Shown piece by piece: positions 42,710 to 52,880 of a stretch of 64,000 nucleotides of DNA (positions are counted from its first letter, which is position 1; every line of letters starts with the position of its first letter). The notes beneath the pieces were generated by a model that had not been told where the DNA came from, searched no databases, and saw only the letters and a list, made by a program, of their open reading frames with translations. Origin of the DNA: Pseudomonadota bacterium (GTDB taxonomy: Bacteria > Pseudomonadota > Alphaproteobacteria > Caulobacterales > Caulobacteraceae); the NCBI GenBank assembly GCA_023432855.1, contig JAEZEZ010000019.1, forward strand, positions 2,988 through 66,987, read 5' to 3'. The position numbers and the translations under genes are program-made.

Positions 42710-43959
42710 TCGACGAGGCCTGGACCCATGCGGCGCTCGCCGCCGCCCGGCCCCAGGCCATAGGGGCCCTGCTTCGCTACTTCCGGGACCTGGACCTCGC
42801 CGAAGAAGCGTTCCAGGAGGCCTGCCTGCGCGCCTTGAGGGCCTGGCCGAAGAACGGCCCTCCCCGTGATCCTACGGCCTGGCTGATCATGGTGGGCCGC
42901 AATGCGGCGATCGACGTCACGCGCAGGCGGTCGAGAGAGCAGCCTCTTCCCCCCGAGGATGTGATCTCCGACCTGGAAGACGTCGAAGTCGACCTGGCGG
43001 AGCGGCTGGACGGGTCCGAGTATCGTGACGACGTCCTGCGTCTGCTCTTCATTTGCTGTCACCCAGACCTTCCCGCCACCCAGCAGATCGCCCTCGCCCT
43101 GCGCATCGTCTCAGGCCTCTCCGTGAAGCAGATCGCCCGGGCTTTTCTGGTCGGCGAAAGCGCGATGGAACAGCGCATCACCCGCGCCAAGGCCAGGATC
43201 GCCCAGGGCGGCGCACCCTTCGAAACACCCGGGCCAGTCGAGCGCGCCGAGCGGATCGGCGTTGTCGCAGCCATGGTCTATCTGGTTTTCAACGAGGGTT
43301 ACTCGGCGGCCCCCCAGGACCCCGACGCTCGCGGGTCGCTGTGCGATGAAGCCATCCGGTTGGGCCGCCTCCTCCTGCGCCTGTTCCAGACCGAACCGGA
43401 GCTCATGGGCCTCGTCGCGCTGATGCTGCTGCAGCACGCCCGCCGCCGCGCCCGTTACGACGCCGGCGGCGAAGCCGTGTTGCTGGAAGACCAAGATCGA
43501 TCGCTCTGGAACCAGAGCCTGATCACGGAGGGGCTCGCCCTCATCGACAAGGCCATGCGGCGCCGCAGCCCGGGCCCCTATCAGCTGCAGGCCGCGATCG
43601 CGGCCCTGCATGCGCGGGCGGCCCGCCCCGAAGATACGGACTGGTCCCAGATCAACCAGCTTTACTTGGCGTTGGAGCGCATTCAGCCGTCTCCGGTCGT
43701 CACCCTCAACCGCGCCGTGGCGGTCTCCAAACTGGACGGGCCGGCGACGGCGTTGGCGATGGTTGAACCGCTGGGCGAGCGGCTCGGGGGCTATTTCCAC
43801 TTCTTTGGGGTGAAAGGCTGGCTACAGATGCAGCTCGGCCGGGACCGCGATGCCCGGGAGTCGTTCAACCGGGCGATTGCGCTGGCCAATACACCCGCTG
43901 AGGCCGCTCACATCCGCAGGAATCTCGATCGTCTCAGTTCAGACGCCGCGATGGGGTGA
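42706..43959 (+). CDS. ECF sigma factor with long C-terminal TPR-like extension (ECF42-type)
   Basis: Sigma2 region (DLAEEAFQEACLRALRAWP, PTAWLIMVGRNAAIDVTRRR), sigma4 region (LRIVSGLSVKQIARAFLVGESAMEQRITRAKARI), then an extension of about 200 aa. Coupling to a YCII/DGPF gene is the known ECF42 context. Confidence 0.85.
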   Translation: MIDEAWTHAALAAARPQAIGALLRYFRDLDLAEEAFQEACLRALRAWPKNGPPRDPTAWLIMVGRNAAIDVTRRRSREQPLPPEDVISDLEDVEVDLAERLDGSEYRDDVLRLLFICCHPDLPATQQIALALRIVSGLSVKQIARAFLVGESAMEQRITRAKARIAQGGAPFETPGPVERAERIGVVAAMVYLVFNEGYSAAPQDPDARGSLCDEAIRLGRLLLRLFQTEPELMGLVALMLLQHARRRARYDAGGEAVLLEDQDRSLWNQSLITEGLALIDKAMRRRSPGPYQLQAAIAALHARAARPEDTDWSQINQLYLALERIQPSPVVTLNRAVAVSKLDGPATALAMVEPLGERLGGYFHFFGVKGWLQMQLGRDRDARESFNRAIALANTPAEAAHIRRNLDRLSSDAAMG

Positions 43960-44329
43960 CCTGGCTGTTGGGGGCGGCCCTTGTTTGAGGAAAGGTTGCG
44001 CGGGCGCAAAGTCTGCCGCCCTCAGGCTGCTAGACATTCGGCATTCCAGGCGGTCGAGGGGACCGGCTGGGGTGCCCGGCCTCCCCCGAGGCCAAGCGCA
44101 GTACCGGCCTCCTCCGACCCTTTGGCCGGCATTGCCGGTAAGCGGGCCCGCCGTCACCTCCGGCGGGCCCGCCTACACACGGGATGACGGCGGCGGAGGA
44201 CTGCGCCGCTTCGCGAACAGCTTCTCAGGCACATGCCCGTTGCGCCGGAACCGCTGCACGGGACCTAACAGATGCATATTGGGAGAGTCTGAGAGCGACT
44301 GCGCACGTGGTTCCGTGCGGAGAAGAAGA

Positions 44330-44404
44330 TGGTGGACGCGGCTGGGATTGAACCAGCGACCCCTACGATGTCAACGTAGTGCTCTCCCACTGAGCTACGC
44401 GTCC
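44330..44404 (-). tRNA. tRNA-Val (anticodon GAC)
   Basis: The minus strand folds by hand as GGACGCG TA GCTC AGTGGGA GAGC A CTACG TTGACAT CGTAG GGGTC GCTGG TTCAATC CCAGC CGCGTCC A CCA. That is 75 nt with an encoded CCA and a full cloverleaf. Confidence 0.95.
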
Positions 44405-44581
44405 GCCCCGGGAAGGACGCGCATATAGACCGGGGCCTCGCGGCAGCGCAAGCGGTCCGTTGGCGCAGGCTGGAAAACGGCGATTCAGGAAAGCGCCGAA
44501 CAGCGCACGATCCTTCCGCGGCATGTGCCTTCGGCCGGCCAGGATGGCCTGTTCGCCTGACCTCGCGGCCGCGCCGCGAGA

Positions 44582-44938
44582 TCAGGCGGCGATCATCCGC
44601 TCAACTTCGGCGACGAGGTCGCGCAAGTGGACGGGTTTGGAAAGGACCTTGGCCTGGGGCGTCGACTGGGCCGCGGACAAGGCGACCGCGGCGAAGCCAG
44701 TGATGAACATGATGCGCAGCTCGGGCTGTCGAACCGCGGCCTCGCGGGCGACCTCTATGCCGTCGGCCCCGGGCATGACGATATCCGTGAGAAGCAGGTC
44801 CCAGGGACCGTCGTCGAGGGCGCCGATGGCCTCGTCGCCATTCTCGCAGATCGCTACTTCGTGCCCCGCGCGCTCCAGGGCGCGCGCGAGGAAGCCGCGC
44901 AGGCTGTCGTCGTCTTCAGCGAGAAGGATGCGGGCCAT
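44582..44938 (-). CDS. cpdR: single-domain response regulator CpdR (ClpXP adaptor-type)
   Basis: MARILLAEDDDSLRGFLARALERAGHEV ... LLLTDIVMPGADGIEVAR ... RIMFITGFAAVAL ... VLSKPVHLRDLVAEVERM closely follows the Caulobacter CpdR pattern. Confidence 0.85.
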   Translation of the reverse strand: MARILLAEDDDSLRGFLARALERAGHEVAICENGDEAIGALDDGPWDLLLTDIVMPGADGIEVAREAAVRQPELRIMFITGFAAVALSAAQSTPQAKVLSKPVHLRDLVAEVERMIAA

Positions 44939-45100
44939 GCAGGCGAAACCCCGACGTTTACCAAATCCGACCCTACGCCTCCGTCCGTAAACCGCACGTG
45001 AAAACCACCGGTCGGAGAAAATCCTCCCGACCTTGCCTCGGGTCCCCCATCACACCCGGCCGGCGTTGACTAAAACCCGCCTCGAACGTTCTTAGTGCGC

Positions 45101-46006
45101 ATGTCCGCCGCCGAACCCATCGAAGACGAAGCGTCCGAGCAGAAAAAGCCGGCCCCCTTCGTCGTCCGAAGGCCGCGCATCCTGAAGACTCCGTTGATCT
45201 TCGCATCACCCCATTCGGGCCGGGTCTATCCGCAAGATCTGATGGCCGTGTCACGGTTGGATGCTCGCGACATCCGACGCTCGGAAGACGCGCTCGTGGA
45301 CCGGCTCCTGGAACCGGCCGGGGAGGCTGGTGCGGCGGTTGTGCTTTGCCAGATCGCGCGTGCCTATGTCGACGTCAACCGGGACCCTTGGGAGATGGAC
45401 CCTGCGATGTTCGCCGACGAGGCACCGGCCCATGCGCGCTCAACGTCGGCTCGGGTTGCGGCAGGGCTGGGCAGCGTTCCGCGCGTAGTGGGGGACGGTC
45501 AGCCAATCTACGCCCGCAAGATCCGGTTTGCGGAAGCGGAAGCCCGCATTGAGACGGTGCACGGCCCGTGGCATCAGGCTTTGACTTCCCTGCTGGAGGA
45601 GGCGAGGGCGCGTTTTGGCCTCGCGGTCCTGATTGATTGGCACTCCATGCCTTCTGCAGCTGGCAAGGCAGAAGCTCGTCGGGGGAGGCCGCGGCCCGAC
45701 ATCGTGCTAGGCGACCGCCACGGCGACGCGTGCTCGACTGGACTTTCGCGCCTCGTGCGACGGGAATTCGAACTGGCTGGCTACGTCGTATCGATGAACC
45801 GGCCCTACGCGGGGGGATGGACAACCCAGATCCACGGCCGCCCGAGCGAAAACGTTCATGCCCTGCAGGTCGAGATCGATCGCTCACTGTATCTCGACGA
45901 AAGAATCCTGGAGCCGGGCCCAGGCTATCCGAGACTGCAACAGGATCTCTCCCGCCTCTTCGAGACGCTCAGTCGGGCGGATTGGCCGGAGCTACTGCGC
46001 CTGTAG
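45101..46006 (+). CDS. N-formylglutamate amidohydrolase family protein
   Basis: Pattern PLIFASPHSGRVYP ... DVNRDPWE ... LIDWHSMPS ... VLGDRHG ... NRPYAGG is typical of the FGase family. The start is ATG 45101 or GTG 45095. Confidence 0.8.
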   Translation: MSAAEPIEDEASEQKKPAPFVVRRPRILKTPLIFASPHSGRVYPQDLMAVSRLDARDIRRSEDALVDRLLEPAGEAGAAVVLCQIARAYVDVNRDPWEMDPAMFADEAPAHARSTSARVAAGLGSVPRVVGDGQPIYARKIRFAEAEARIETVHGPWHQALTSLLEEARARFGLAVLIDWHSMPSAAGKAEARRGRPRPDIVLGDRHGDACSTGLSRLVRREFELAGYVVSMNRPYAGGWTTQIHGRPSENVHALQVEIDRSLYLDERILEPGPGYPRLQQDLSRLFETLSRADWPELLRL

Positions 46007-46027
46007 GCAGGTCCCTGGCATAAAAAA

Positions 46028-46050
46028 CCGCCCCGGGGACACCGGGGCGG
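46028..46050. terminator. GC-rich hairpin between convergent genes (likely a bidirectional or minus-strand terminator)
   Basis: CCGCCCCGG ggaca CCGGGGCGG, preceded on the plus strand by AAAAAA (46022-46027), which is a T-run on the minus strand. It lies 22 nt after the amidohydrolase stop. Confidence 0.55.
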
Positions 46051-46202
46051 CAAAGTCAGATAGGGAGGAAACGCCCAAAAAGGGCTGCCGGCCGTCAGGG
46101 AACGACCGACCCTTAAAATTTACGCTGCAGCGCACACAAATTCAAGAGCTCATTGTGTGATGCGGCGATCACGAACCGTTACACAGGATACGATCCAGCA
46201 AG

Positions 46203-46907
46203 CTATTCATCTTCAACTGAATTATTGCGGCTGCGTGGTTGAGACAGTTCCCGAGCCCTCCGGATGCCGTGCGCCGCGGGCGATCGCGACTGTCGCCACA
46301 CAAGCAGGGCCGTGGCGGCGATGGTCGCCACGGCCAGCCAGAGGGGGCCGTAAAGCCAAGCCGCCGCCGCCAGGGCGAAATAGTAGCCCCGCACGCCCCG
46401 ACTGAAGCCCTTCATGGCGGGGTTCAGTACTTCCGCCGACGCTTCTGCGAATGCCCCGGCTCGGGGACCCGGCTTCTCGGGCGCCGCGCCGATAAGGGCC
46501 AGACAGTAGTTGAGCTGGCGAATCGACCAGATGAACTCCAACAGGCCGCGGGCCAGGCAGGCCAGCACCAGGGCGAGCTTCGCCTCGAGGCGGCCCGGCG
46601 TTACGACTTCGAAGCCAGGGACATCCGGGATCATGGCCTGGCCTCCGAAGAGAGCGCCGGCCACCGCTGCAATCAGGATCAGGTTCGCCGATGCGAAGAA
46701 GGATGCCGAATTGATGGCGTGCCCCAGCAACTGGCTGTCCAGCAGCTTGATTTCACGGCCGGTCATGGCGCGCATCCAGGCGAGGCGCACGCCTTCCATG
46801 TCGCGTGTGATCGCCCCGGTCCGCCGTGACAGTCCGAGGAGCAAGGGTTCGTAGCCGAGCCAGCACACGGCGAAGATTGCTAGCGCGAACCAGTCCCAGA
46901 GGCTCAT
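46203..46907 (-). CDS. DUF599 family membrane protein
   Basis: MSLWDWFALAIFAVCWLGYEPLL ... and several TM segments. The family call is from memory of the conserved N-terminus. Confidence 0.65.
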   Translation of the reverse strand: MSLWDWFALAIFAVCWLGYEPLLLGLSRRTGAITRDMEGVRLAWMRAMTGREIKLLDSQLLGHAINSASFFASANLILIAAVAGALFGGQAMIPDVPGFEVVTPGRLEAKLALVLACLARGLLEFIWSIRQLNYCLALIGAAPEKPGPRAGAFAEASAEVLNPAMKGFSRGVRGYYFALAAAAWLYGPLWLAVATIAATALLVWRQSRSPAAHGIRRARELSQPRSRNNSVEDE

Positions 46908-46992
46908 TCCTCGTCTTTAACCGCCATCGCCCGCCCAGGGAATGCGCACCAGCGCCCTTGCCGTAACGAGGTTATCACCCCACTAAACGGAG

Positions 46993-47562
46993 ATGGCCGA
47001 CGCGAGCGACACGCCCTCCGCGCGCGCCCTGCTCATCTTCGCCCATCCGGCGCTCGAGCGGGGCCGGATCAATCCAGCGATGGCGGAAGCCGCAGCCCGG
47101 CTGCCGGGGCTGAGCGTCCATGACCTCTACGAGGCATACCCCGACTTCACCATCGACGTCCGGGCGGAGCAAAAGCGCCTGCTCAAGCACGACGTCATCA
47201 TCCTGCAGTTCCCCCTCTACTGGTTTTCCATTCCGAGTTTGCTCAAGGAGTGGATGGACGTGGTCTGGGTCCGGGGTTTCGCCTACGGCGACGGCGCCAG
47301 GTTCGCAGGCCGGACCCTCATGTGCGCGGTTTCCACTGGAGGCAACCGTGACGCCTACGGTCCCGACGGACGGTACCTCTACCCCATGGAGCAGTTCCTG
47401 GCCCCCCTCGCACAGGCGGCGCGCTACTGTGGCCTGAGCTGGGCTGAGCCCTTCGTCCTGCATGGCAACGAGGCGCCCGACGCTGCGGCGCTCGCTGCCG
47501 GAGTCGAGCGCTACCAAAGGCGGCTGTCCGGCCTCTTGGGCGTCGAGGGCGCGCCGTCCTGA
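46993..47562 (+). CDS. NAD(P)H dehydrogenase (quinone)/flavodoxin-like ancillary protein of a Kef K+ efflux system (KefF/KefG-like)
   Basis: LLIFAHPALERGRINPAM ... DVIILQFPLYWFSIPSLLKEWMD is a Flavodoxin_2 pattern. The stop overlaps the start of the Kef-type antiporter (TGATG). Confidence 0.8.
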   Translation: MADASDTPSARALLIFAHPALERGRINPAMAEAAARLPGLSVHDLYEAYPDFTIDVRAEQKRLLKHDVIILQFPLYWFSIPSLLKEWMDVVWVRGFAYGDGARFAGRTLMCAVSTGGNRDAYGPDGRYLYPMEQFLAPLAQAARYCGLSWAEPFVLHGNEAPDAAALAAGVERYQRRLSGLLGVEGAPS

Positions 47563-49427
47563 TGGATGGGGTGCTGCTTCAGGTCCTGATCTACCTGGGC
47601 GCTGCAGCGATCGCGGTGCCGGTAGCGCAACGCGTCGGTCTCGGTTCCGTCCTCGGATATCTGATCGCGGGCCTCGTGATCGGGCCCCACGTGCTCGGAC
47701 TGGTCGGCGATCAGAGCGAGGTCATGCATGGCGCCGAACTCGGCGTGATCATCCTCCTCTTCCTTATCGGCCTTGAGATGCGACCCTCTCTTCTGTGGCG
47801 CATGAAGAAGGTGTTCGGCCTTGGCGCCGCCCACGTGAGCCTCACCGGTTCAGTCCTCACGGCGGGCGCCCTCTTGCTTGGGATGGACTGGCGTCCAGCG
47901 CTTGCCGCGGGATTGATCCTGGCCCTGTCATCCACCGCCATCGCTTTGCAGACACTCGAGGGCCGTGGATTGCGGGACCGGCCACCCGGACGGGTCGCAT
48001 TCGGCATCCTGTTGTTTGAAGACCTGGCGGTCATTCCCCTGTTCGCCATTCTGCCGCTGCTGGTGACACTCTCGACTCCCGGGGCGCAGGAGGCCCGGGA
48101 CAGTCTTATCACCCACTGGCCGGCGTGGATGCAGGCGCTTGGCATAGTTTCGGCGGTCGGGGCGGTGCTTCTGCTCAACAGGTTCGCAGCGCGGCCCGTG
48201 TTCCGGTTCATTGCCCGTTCGGGGAAGCGGGAAGTCTTCACCATCGCCGCACTGCTCATCGTCGTCGGGGTCACCGGCCTCATGCAATCGGTCGGCCTTT
48301 CGCCAGCGCTTGGCGCCTTCCTCGCTGGCGTGGTGCTGGGCGGGAGCGAGTACCGACGGGAGATCGAGACCGATATCGAACCGTTCCGGGGGCTGTTGCT
48401 GGGACTGTTCTTCATCACTATCGGCGCCGACATCGATCTAGGCGCAGTCGCGGCGCAACCGGGCTCCGTCTTTGGGCTTGTGCTGGGCCTGATGCTGCTG
48501 AAGGCAGGCATGCTCTACAGCCTCAGCCGGCTTTTCGGCTTCGCCAATCCCATCGCCCTGGCTGTGGCGGCAAGCCTCTCCCAGGGGAGCGAATTCGCGT
48601 TCGTGCTGCTGGCTTTCGCCGGGGCCGGCGGCGTACTGGTCCCCGCCACCGCCGACCTTCTGACAATCGTCGTGGCAGTCTCCATGGCCACGACACCCTT
48701 GGTGATGCTCCCCTATACGAGGTGGACCGCGCGGATCGTGGGGCCAAAGCCAGCCGAACCTGAAAACGATGACTTCGACGAGCACCCCGAGGTCATCGTG
48801 GCGGGGTTCGGCCGCTTCGGGCAGATCGTGGGCCGCGTCCTCACCGCGAATGGGTTCAGCACATCCGTGCTGGAGTCGTCCGTAGAGCAGATCTCATTGC
48901 TGCGCCGGTTCGGCAGGCGTGTTCACTATGGCGACGCTTCACGCCTGGATCTGCTGCGGGCCGCTGGAGCCGAGAAGGCGCGCGCCCTCGTGGTGGCGGT
49001 GGACGATCGCGACAAGGCCGCCGAGATCGTGGAGCTGGCGCGGGAGAACTTCCCGCACCTGAAGGTGCTGGCGCGAGCCTTCGACAGGCGTCACGCCTAT
49101 GAGCTCCTTGATCGCGGGGCGGATGTTGTGGAGCGCGAGACCTTTGAGGGAGGGCTCGCACTCGCTGCGGAAAGCCTGCGCGCCCTTGGCTGGCGCGCCT
49201 ATCGCGCCGAACGAGCGGCGCGGCTGTTTCGCCTTCACGACGAGGCCCTGTTCCGGGAGCTCCGACCTCTCTGGGGAGACGAAGAGCGATTCGTGGTCGC
49301 CACCCGCGAGAGCTCGCCAAGGATGGACGACCTGCTTCGCGCCGACTTGCGCCAGCTCGGGGACGACGATGTGGACGATGACTGGCGCAACGACCCGGAA
49401 CCTGCGGGCGCTCCAGCCCGGGAGTGA
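47562..49427 (+). CDS. glutathione-regulated K+ efflux antiporter (CPA2; KefB/KefC-like) with TrkA-N domain
   Basis: A Na_H_exchanger-type membrane domain is followed by IVAGFGRFGQIVGRVL, a Rossmann KTN domain. Confidence 0.85.
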   Translation: MDGVLLQVLIYLGAAAIAVPVAQRVGLGSVLGYLIAGLVIGPHVLGLVGDQSEVMHGAELGVIILLFLIGLEMRPSLLWRMKKVFGLGAAHVSLTGSVLTAGALLLGMDWRPALAAGLILALSSTAIALQTLEGRGLRDRPPGRVAFGILLFEDLAVIPLFAILPLLVTLSTPGAQEARDSLITHWPAWMQALGIVSAVGAVLLLNRFAARPVFRFIARSGKREVFTIAALLIVVGVTGLMQSVGLSPALGAFLAGVVLGGSEYRREIETDIEPFRGLLLGLFFITIGADIDLGAVAAQPGSVFGLVLGLMLLKAGMLYSLSRLFGFANPIALAVAASLSQGSEFAFVLLAFAGAGGVLVPATADLLTIVVAVSMATTPLVMLPYTRWTARIVGPKPAEPENDDFDEHPEVIVAGFGRFGQIVGRVLTANGFSTSVLESSVEQISLLRRFGRRVHYGDASRLDLLRAAGAEKARALVVAVDDRDKAAEIVELARENFPHLKVLARAFDRRHAYELLDRGADVVERETFEGGLALAAESLRALGWRAYRAERAARLFRLHDEALFRELRPLWGDEERFVVATRESSPRMDDLLRADLRQLGDDDVDDDWRNDPEPAGAPARE

Positions 49428-49503
49428 TCCGCGATTGGCTGCAACAGCTTGCTCCAGCGGGCGCCGCGCGCGACTATCCAGTCTGAAAGTCGGGGATTTC
49501 CAG

Positions 49504-51297
49504 ATGCTGAAGGCCGCCGCCGCCGCGCTAGCTCTTACGCTCGCGCCTCTTTCCTTGGCTCATGCCCAGACCGCGCCAGCCGCGCCCCAGGTCAGCGCCG
49601 AGGACAGAGCGTTCGGCCAGTTGATTGCAGACTACGAGGCTTACGAACGGCGGGAGGATCCGTTCACGGCAGGACAGGAAGGCGACAAGGAGGCTCTCGC
49701 CCGACTGCCCGACTTCTCAAGAGCGGGCGAGCTTCGCCGCCAAGCCGACTATCGGAAATTCGCCGAACGCCTGCAGCGCATTGATGCGACCCGGTTGTCG
49801 GGGCCCGACGCGCAGATGAATCACGCGTTTCTGGCGCGAGAGCTGAGGCGCGCCATCGAGCGGGTCGATTTCGACGGCGGCCGGCTGGCGTTCGACTCCG
49901 AGGGAGGCCCCAACGGCTTCCTCAGCTACATGGGGTCCACCACGCGGATCGCGTCGCAGAGTGACGCCGAGGCCTATCTGGCGAGGCTTGCCCAGGCGCC
50001 GAAGGCCTTCGCCGACACGATGGAAGACGCGCGGCGCGGCGTGCGCACCGGCTTTACGCAGCCACGTTCAGTCGTCGAAAGCGCGATCGCCGTGATGCGC
50101 GCGGAAAACGCGATCTGGCTTGACGAGGATCCCCTGCTCAAGCCCTTCGCGAGCCTGCCTTCAACAATACCCCCGGCGCAGCAGGAACTGTTGCGAAAGG
50201 AGTTGCGGGACCTGATCGCGACGGAAATCGTGCCGGCGCGCCGGGCCTTCCTCCGGATGGTGGAGACCGAATATCTTCCGCATGCCCGCGAGGGGCTGGG
50301 CGTCGGCAGCCTCAAAGGCGGCCAAGAGTATTACGCATTCCTGGCGCGTAGCTACACCACCACCGACATGACGCCCGAGCAGGTCCACCAGCTCGGCCTT
50401 CAAGAAGTGGCCCGCATTCGCGCGGAGATGGACGGGGTGATGCGCGAAGCCGGGTGGACCGGAGACTTCGCCGCCTTCCTGGCCTTCCTTCGAACTGATC
50501 CGCAGTTTTACGCCCAGTCCCGGGAGGACCTGCTCGAGAAGGCGTCGGAAATCGCCAAGCGGGCCGACGACAAGCTGCCGGCGCTGTTCCGCGAAAGCCT
50601 GCCGCGCCTGCCTTACGGCGTTCGCCCCGTACCGCGGGAGATCGAAGAACAGTACACGACCGGACGCTACAATAGCGGTTCGATGGAGCTCGGCGTAGCC
50701 GGCGGCTACATGGTCAACACCTCACGGCTGGACCAGCGCCCGCTTTATGAACTTCCTGCGCTCACCGTTCACGAGGCGGTTCCCGGGCATCACCTACAGA
50801 TCGCCGTACAGCAAGAGCTCGGCGACCTTCCCTGGTTCCGACGCAACGCAGAGGTGACGGCCTTCGTGGAAGGTTGGGGTCTCTACGCCGAATTCCTCGG
50901 CATAGAGATGGGTATCTATCGGACTCCTTATGAGCGCTTCGGCAAGCTCAGCTACGAGATGTGGCGCGCCTGCCGCCTGGTCGCCGACACCGGTATCCAC
51001 GCCAAGGGGTGGACGATCGAGCAGGCGCGAGCCTGCTTTCGGGACAATTCAGCCTTGGCCCCCCACAACATCGAAACAGAACTCCAGCGTTACATCGGCT
51101 GGCCCGGGCAGGCTCTGGCGTACAAGATCGGAGAACTGAAGTTCCGCGCATTGCGCAGTAAAGCCGAGGCGGCCCTCGGTGATCGTTTCGACGTCCGGGC
51201 GTTCCACGATTTCGTCCTCCGCGGCGGGCCCCTGCCAATGGATTTGCTGGAACAGCGCGTGGACGGCTGGATCGCGGCGCAGCGCGCCGGCTCCTGA
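49504..51297 (+). CDS. DUF885 family secreted protein (second paralog)
   Basis: ATG 49504 gives signal peptide MLKAAAAALALTLAPLSLAHAQ. The motif TVHEAVPGHHLQ is present. The upstream 135 codons of the track ORF overlap kef and are rejected. Confidence 0.85.
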   Translation: MLKAAAAALALTLAPLSLAHAQTAPAAPQVSAEDRAFGQLIADYEAYERREDPFTAGQEGDKEALARLPDFSRAGELRRQADYRKFAERLQRIDATRLSGPDAQMNHAFLARELRRAIERVDFDGGRLAFDSEGGPNGFLSYMGSTTRIASQSDAEAYLARLAQAPKAFADTMEDARRGVRTGFTQPRSVVESAIAVMRAENAIWLDEDPLLKPFASLPSTIPPAQQELLRKELRDLIATEIVPARRAFLRMVETEYLPHAREGLGVGSLKGGQEYYAFLARSYTTTDMTPEQVHQLGLQEVARIRAEMDGVMREAGWTGDFAAFLAFLRTDPQFYAQSREDLLEKASEIAKRADDKLPALFRESLPRLPYGVRPVPREIEEQYTTGRYNSGSMELGVAGGYMVNTSRLDQRPLYELPALTVHEAVPGHHLQIAVQQELGDLPWFRRNAEVTAFVEGWGLYAEFLGIEMGIYRTPYERFGKLSYEMWRACRLVADTGIHAKGWTIEQARACFRDNSALAPHNIETELQRYIGWPGQALAYKIGELKFRALRSKAEAALGDRFDVRAFHDFVLRGGPLPMDLLEQRVDGWIAAQRAGS

Positions 51298-51459
51298 GCG
51301 GCGCGTCGATTTCGTCTGGGGATAGTGTGACCTTCCACTGACTGTCCGTCACATTGTGGCCACACGCCCGGAGCATGAGGCCGCCGCGCGCGCCCTCTGA
51401 CGCACATCGCGCGCTTTTTGTTTCCTCGGGCGTCCCCGTTTCAGACGAACAAGAAAAAT

Positions 51460-51714
51460 ATGGCTGACACGACCGGCGGTCCCTTCAGGCCGCACGAGGA
51501 CCTGTCCGCGCGTAGCGCCGTTCTCGATATCGACATGGAAGTGAACCTTGCCCTGGGCCGCGCAGCCGCTCGTACCCTGAGGCAGATTTCACCTGAGGTC
51601 TCTGACATCTTCAGCACCTTCCTTCAGCGAGAGATCGACCGACTGAAGCTGTCCGGCCGCGGGGCTCCTGAAGTCGCGGCCATGCAGCTCCGGCAGTTCC
51701 TGCGCGAAGGCTGA
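51460..51714 (+). CDS. small hypothetical protein
   Basis: MADTTGGPFRPHEDLSARSAVLDIDMEVNLALGRAAARTLRQISPEV... No clear SD sequence and no family recognised. Confidence 0.4.
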   Translation: MADTTGGPFRPHEDLSARSAVLDIDMEVNLALGRAAARTLRQISPEVSDIFSTFLQREIDRLKLSGRGAPEVAAMQLRQFLREG

Positions 51715-51846
51715 CCCCGATTGCGCGCCAGTCTCCGGACCGTCGCGCTCACTCTTGCCGCTGTGATAGTGCCGCAGCGGCTGCGTCGACCGGGCCGCCC
51801 GCCCCCTCCCCCCATAGGGCGGCCCGGTCCTTGCAGTTCAACCCGC

Positions 51847-52830
51847 ATGTCTGACGCCAGGATTCCCCGACCCGACGTTGCCGCGGACAAGGCCGACCTC
51901 CTTTCGGTCAGCGTCGTCATCGCCACGTTCCGCAGGCCAGGCCCCTTGCTGCTAGCCGCTCGCTCGGTGCTTGCGCAGGAAGGGATCGTCCCTGGCGATA
52001 TCGAGTTGATCATCGTGGACAACGATCCCGCCGGATCGGCGGCTCCAGTATTCGACGAACTGGTCCGTCAGGCTTCGATCAAGACGCACCTCGTTCACGT
52101 TCGGGAGCCCGGGGTAGCTCGCGCGCGCAATGCCGGGGTCGCGGCTGCCCGGGGCGAGTTCATCGTCTTCCTCGATGACGACGAGGAAGCGCCGCCGACC
52201 TGGCTGGCCGCCCTCCTCAGGATTCAGGCCGAGACCAGCGCAGATGTCGTCTTCGGTCCGGTGCGGGCGTCACTGCCCGACGGAGTTCACGAGCATCGCG
52301 AGTACCTGGAGCGCTTCTTCTCCCGCTCCGGGCCGGATGTATCGGGCCCTCTCGACCTCTACTACGGCTGCGGCAACAGCCTGCTGCGGCGCTCAGCCCT
52401 GCCGGATCCGCTTGCGCCGTTCTCGACGTCCCGGGACCACACCGGCGGCGAGGATGACCTGCTTTTCGGCGCGATGCAGCAAGGCAGCGCGCGCTTTGCC
52501 TGGGCTCATGAAGCGTGGGTCTTGGAACATGTACCCGTCGATCGGGCGCGGCTCGGCTACGCCCTCCGCCGAGCATTCGCCTACGGGCAGGGCCCTGCCG
52601 AGGCCGCCCACGCCGAGGGACGCTGGGGGGCGATCCTTCGCTGGATGGCGATAGGCGCCATACAGGCCGCTGCCTACGGCGTTCAGGCCGCGCTGCAATG
52701 GCTGTTTCGCACTCCTGATCGGGCGGACGCCCTGGACCGTACGATGCGCGGCCTTGGGAAGCTGTTCTGGTTTCGCAGCCAGGAGTTTTACGGACGCGCC
52801 GCGCTGGGGACCGGCCGCGAGACATCCTGA
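51847..52830 (+). CDS. family 2 glycosyltransferase
   Basis: [14 protein letters not shown] ... IIVDNDP ... [21 protein letters not shown] is the GT2 DxD architecture. The start is at the internal ATG 51847. Confidence 0.8.
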   Translation: MSDARIPRPDVAADKADLLSVSVVIATFRRPGPLLLAARSVLAQEGIVPGDIELIIVDNDPAGSAAPVFDELVRQASIKTHLVHVREPGVARARNAGVAAARGEFIVFLDDDEEAPPTWLAALLRIQAETSADVVFGPVRASLPDGVHEHREYLERFFSRSGPDVSGPLDLYYGCGNSLLRRSALPDPLAPFSTSRDHTGGEDDLLFGAMQQGSARFAWAHEAWVLEHVPVDRARLGYALRRAFAYGQGPAEAAHAEGRWGAILRWMAIGAIQAAAYGVQAALQWLFRTPDRADALDRTMRGLGKLFWFRSQEFYGRAALGTGRETS

Positions 52831-52880
52831 CCGGAACTGCGTACAGATGCGCCGGACTCAGCTTCGACGCGCCTCCTGCA

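Noticed and set aside
44142-44172. Perfect 12-bp-stem hairpin GCGGGCCCGCCG-7 nt-CGGCGGGCCCGC as a terminator.
   Set aside because: There is no T-run on either side. It lies about 180 nt from the sigma factor stop and about 160 nt from the tRNA 3-prime end. It may be a REP-like structure, but I cannot assign a function.
28373-44404. The TPS-CHAT operon plus the ECF42 pair as a tRNA-Val-associated genomic island.
   Set aside because: I could find no integrase or recombinase gene, no copy of the tRNA 3-prime end acting as a direct repeat, and no obvious compositional break. Adjacency to the tRNA may be coincidental.
43850-44428. Track ORF 43850..44428 + and other ORFs crossing the tRNA-Val region.
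   Set aside because: It overlaps the end of the sigma factor gene and runs antisense through the tRNA. Its composition is junk-like.
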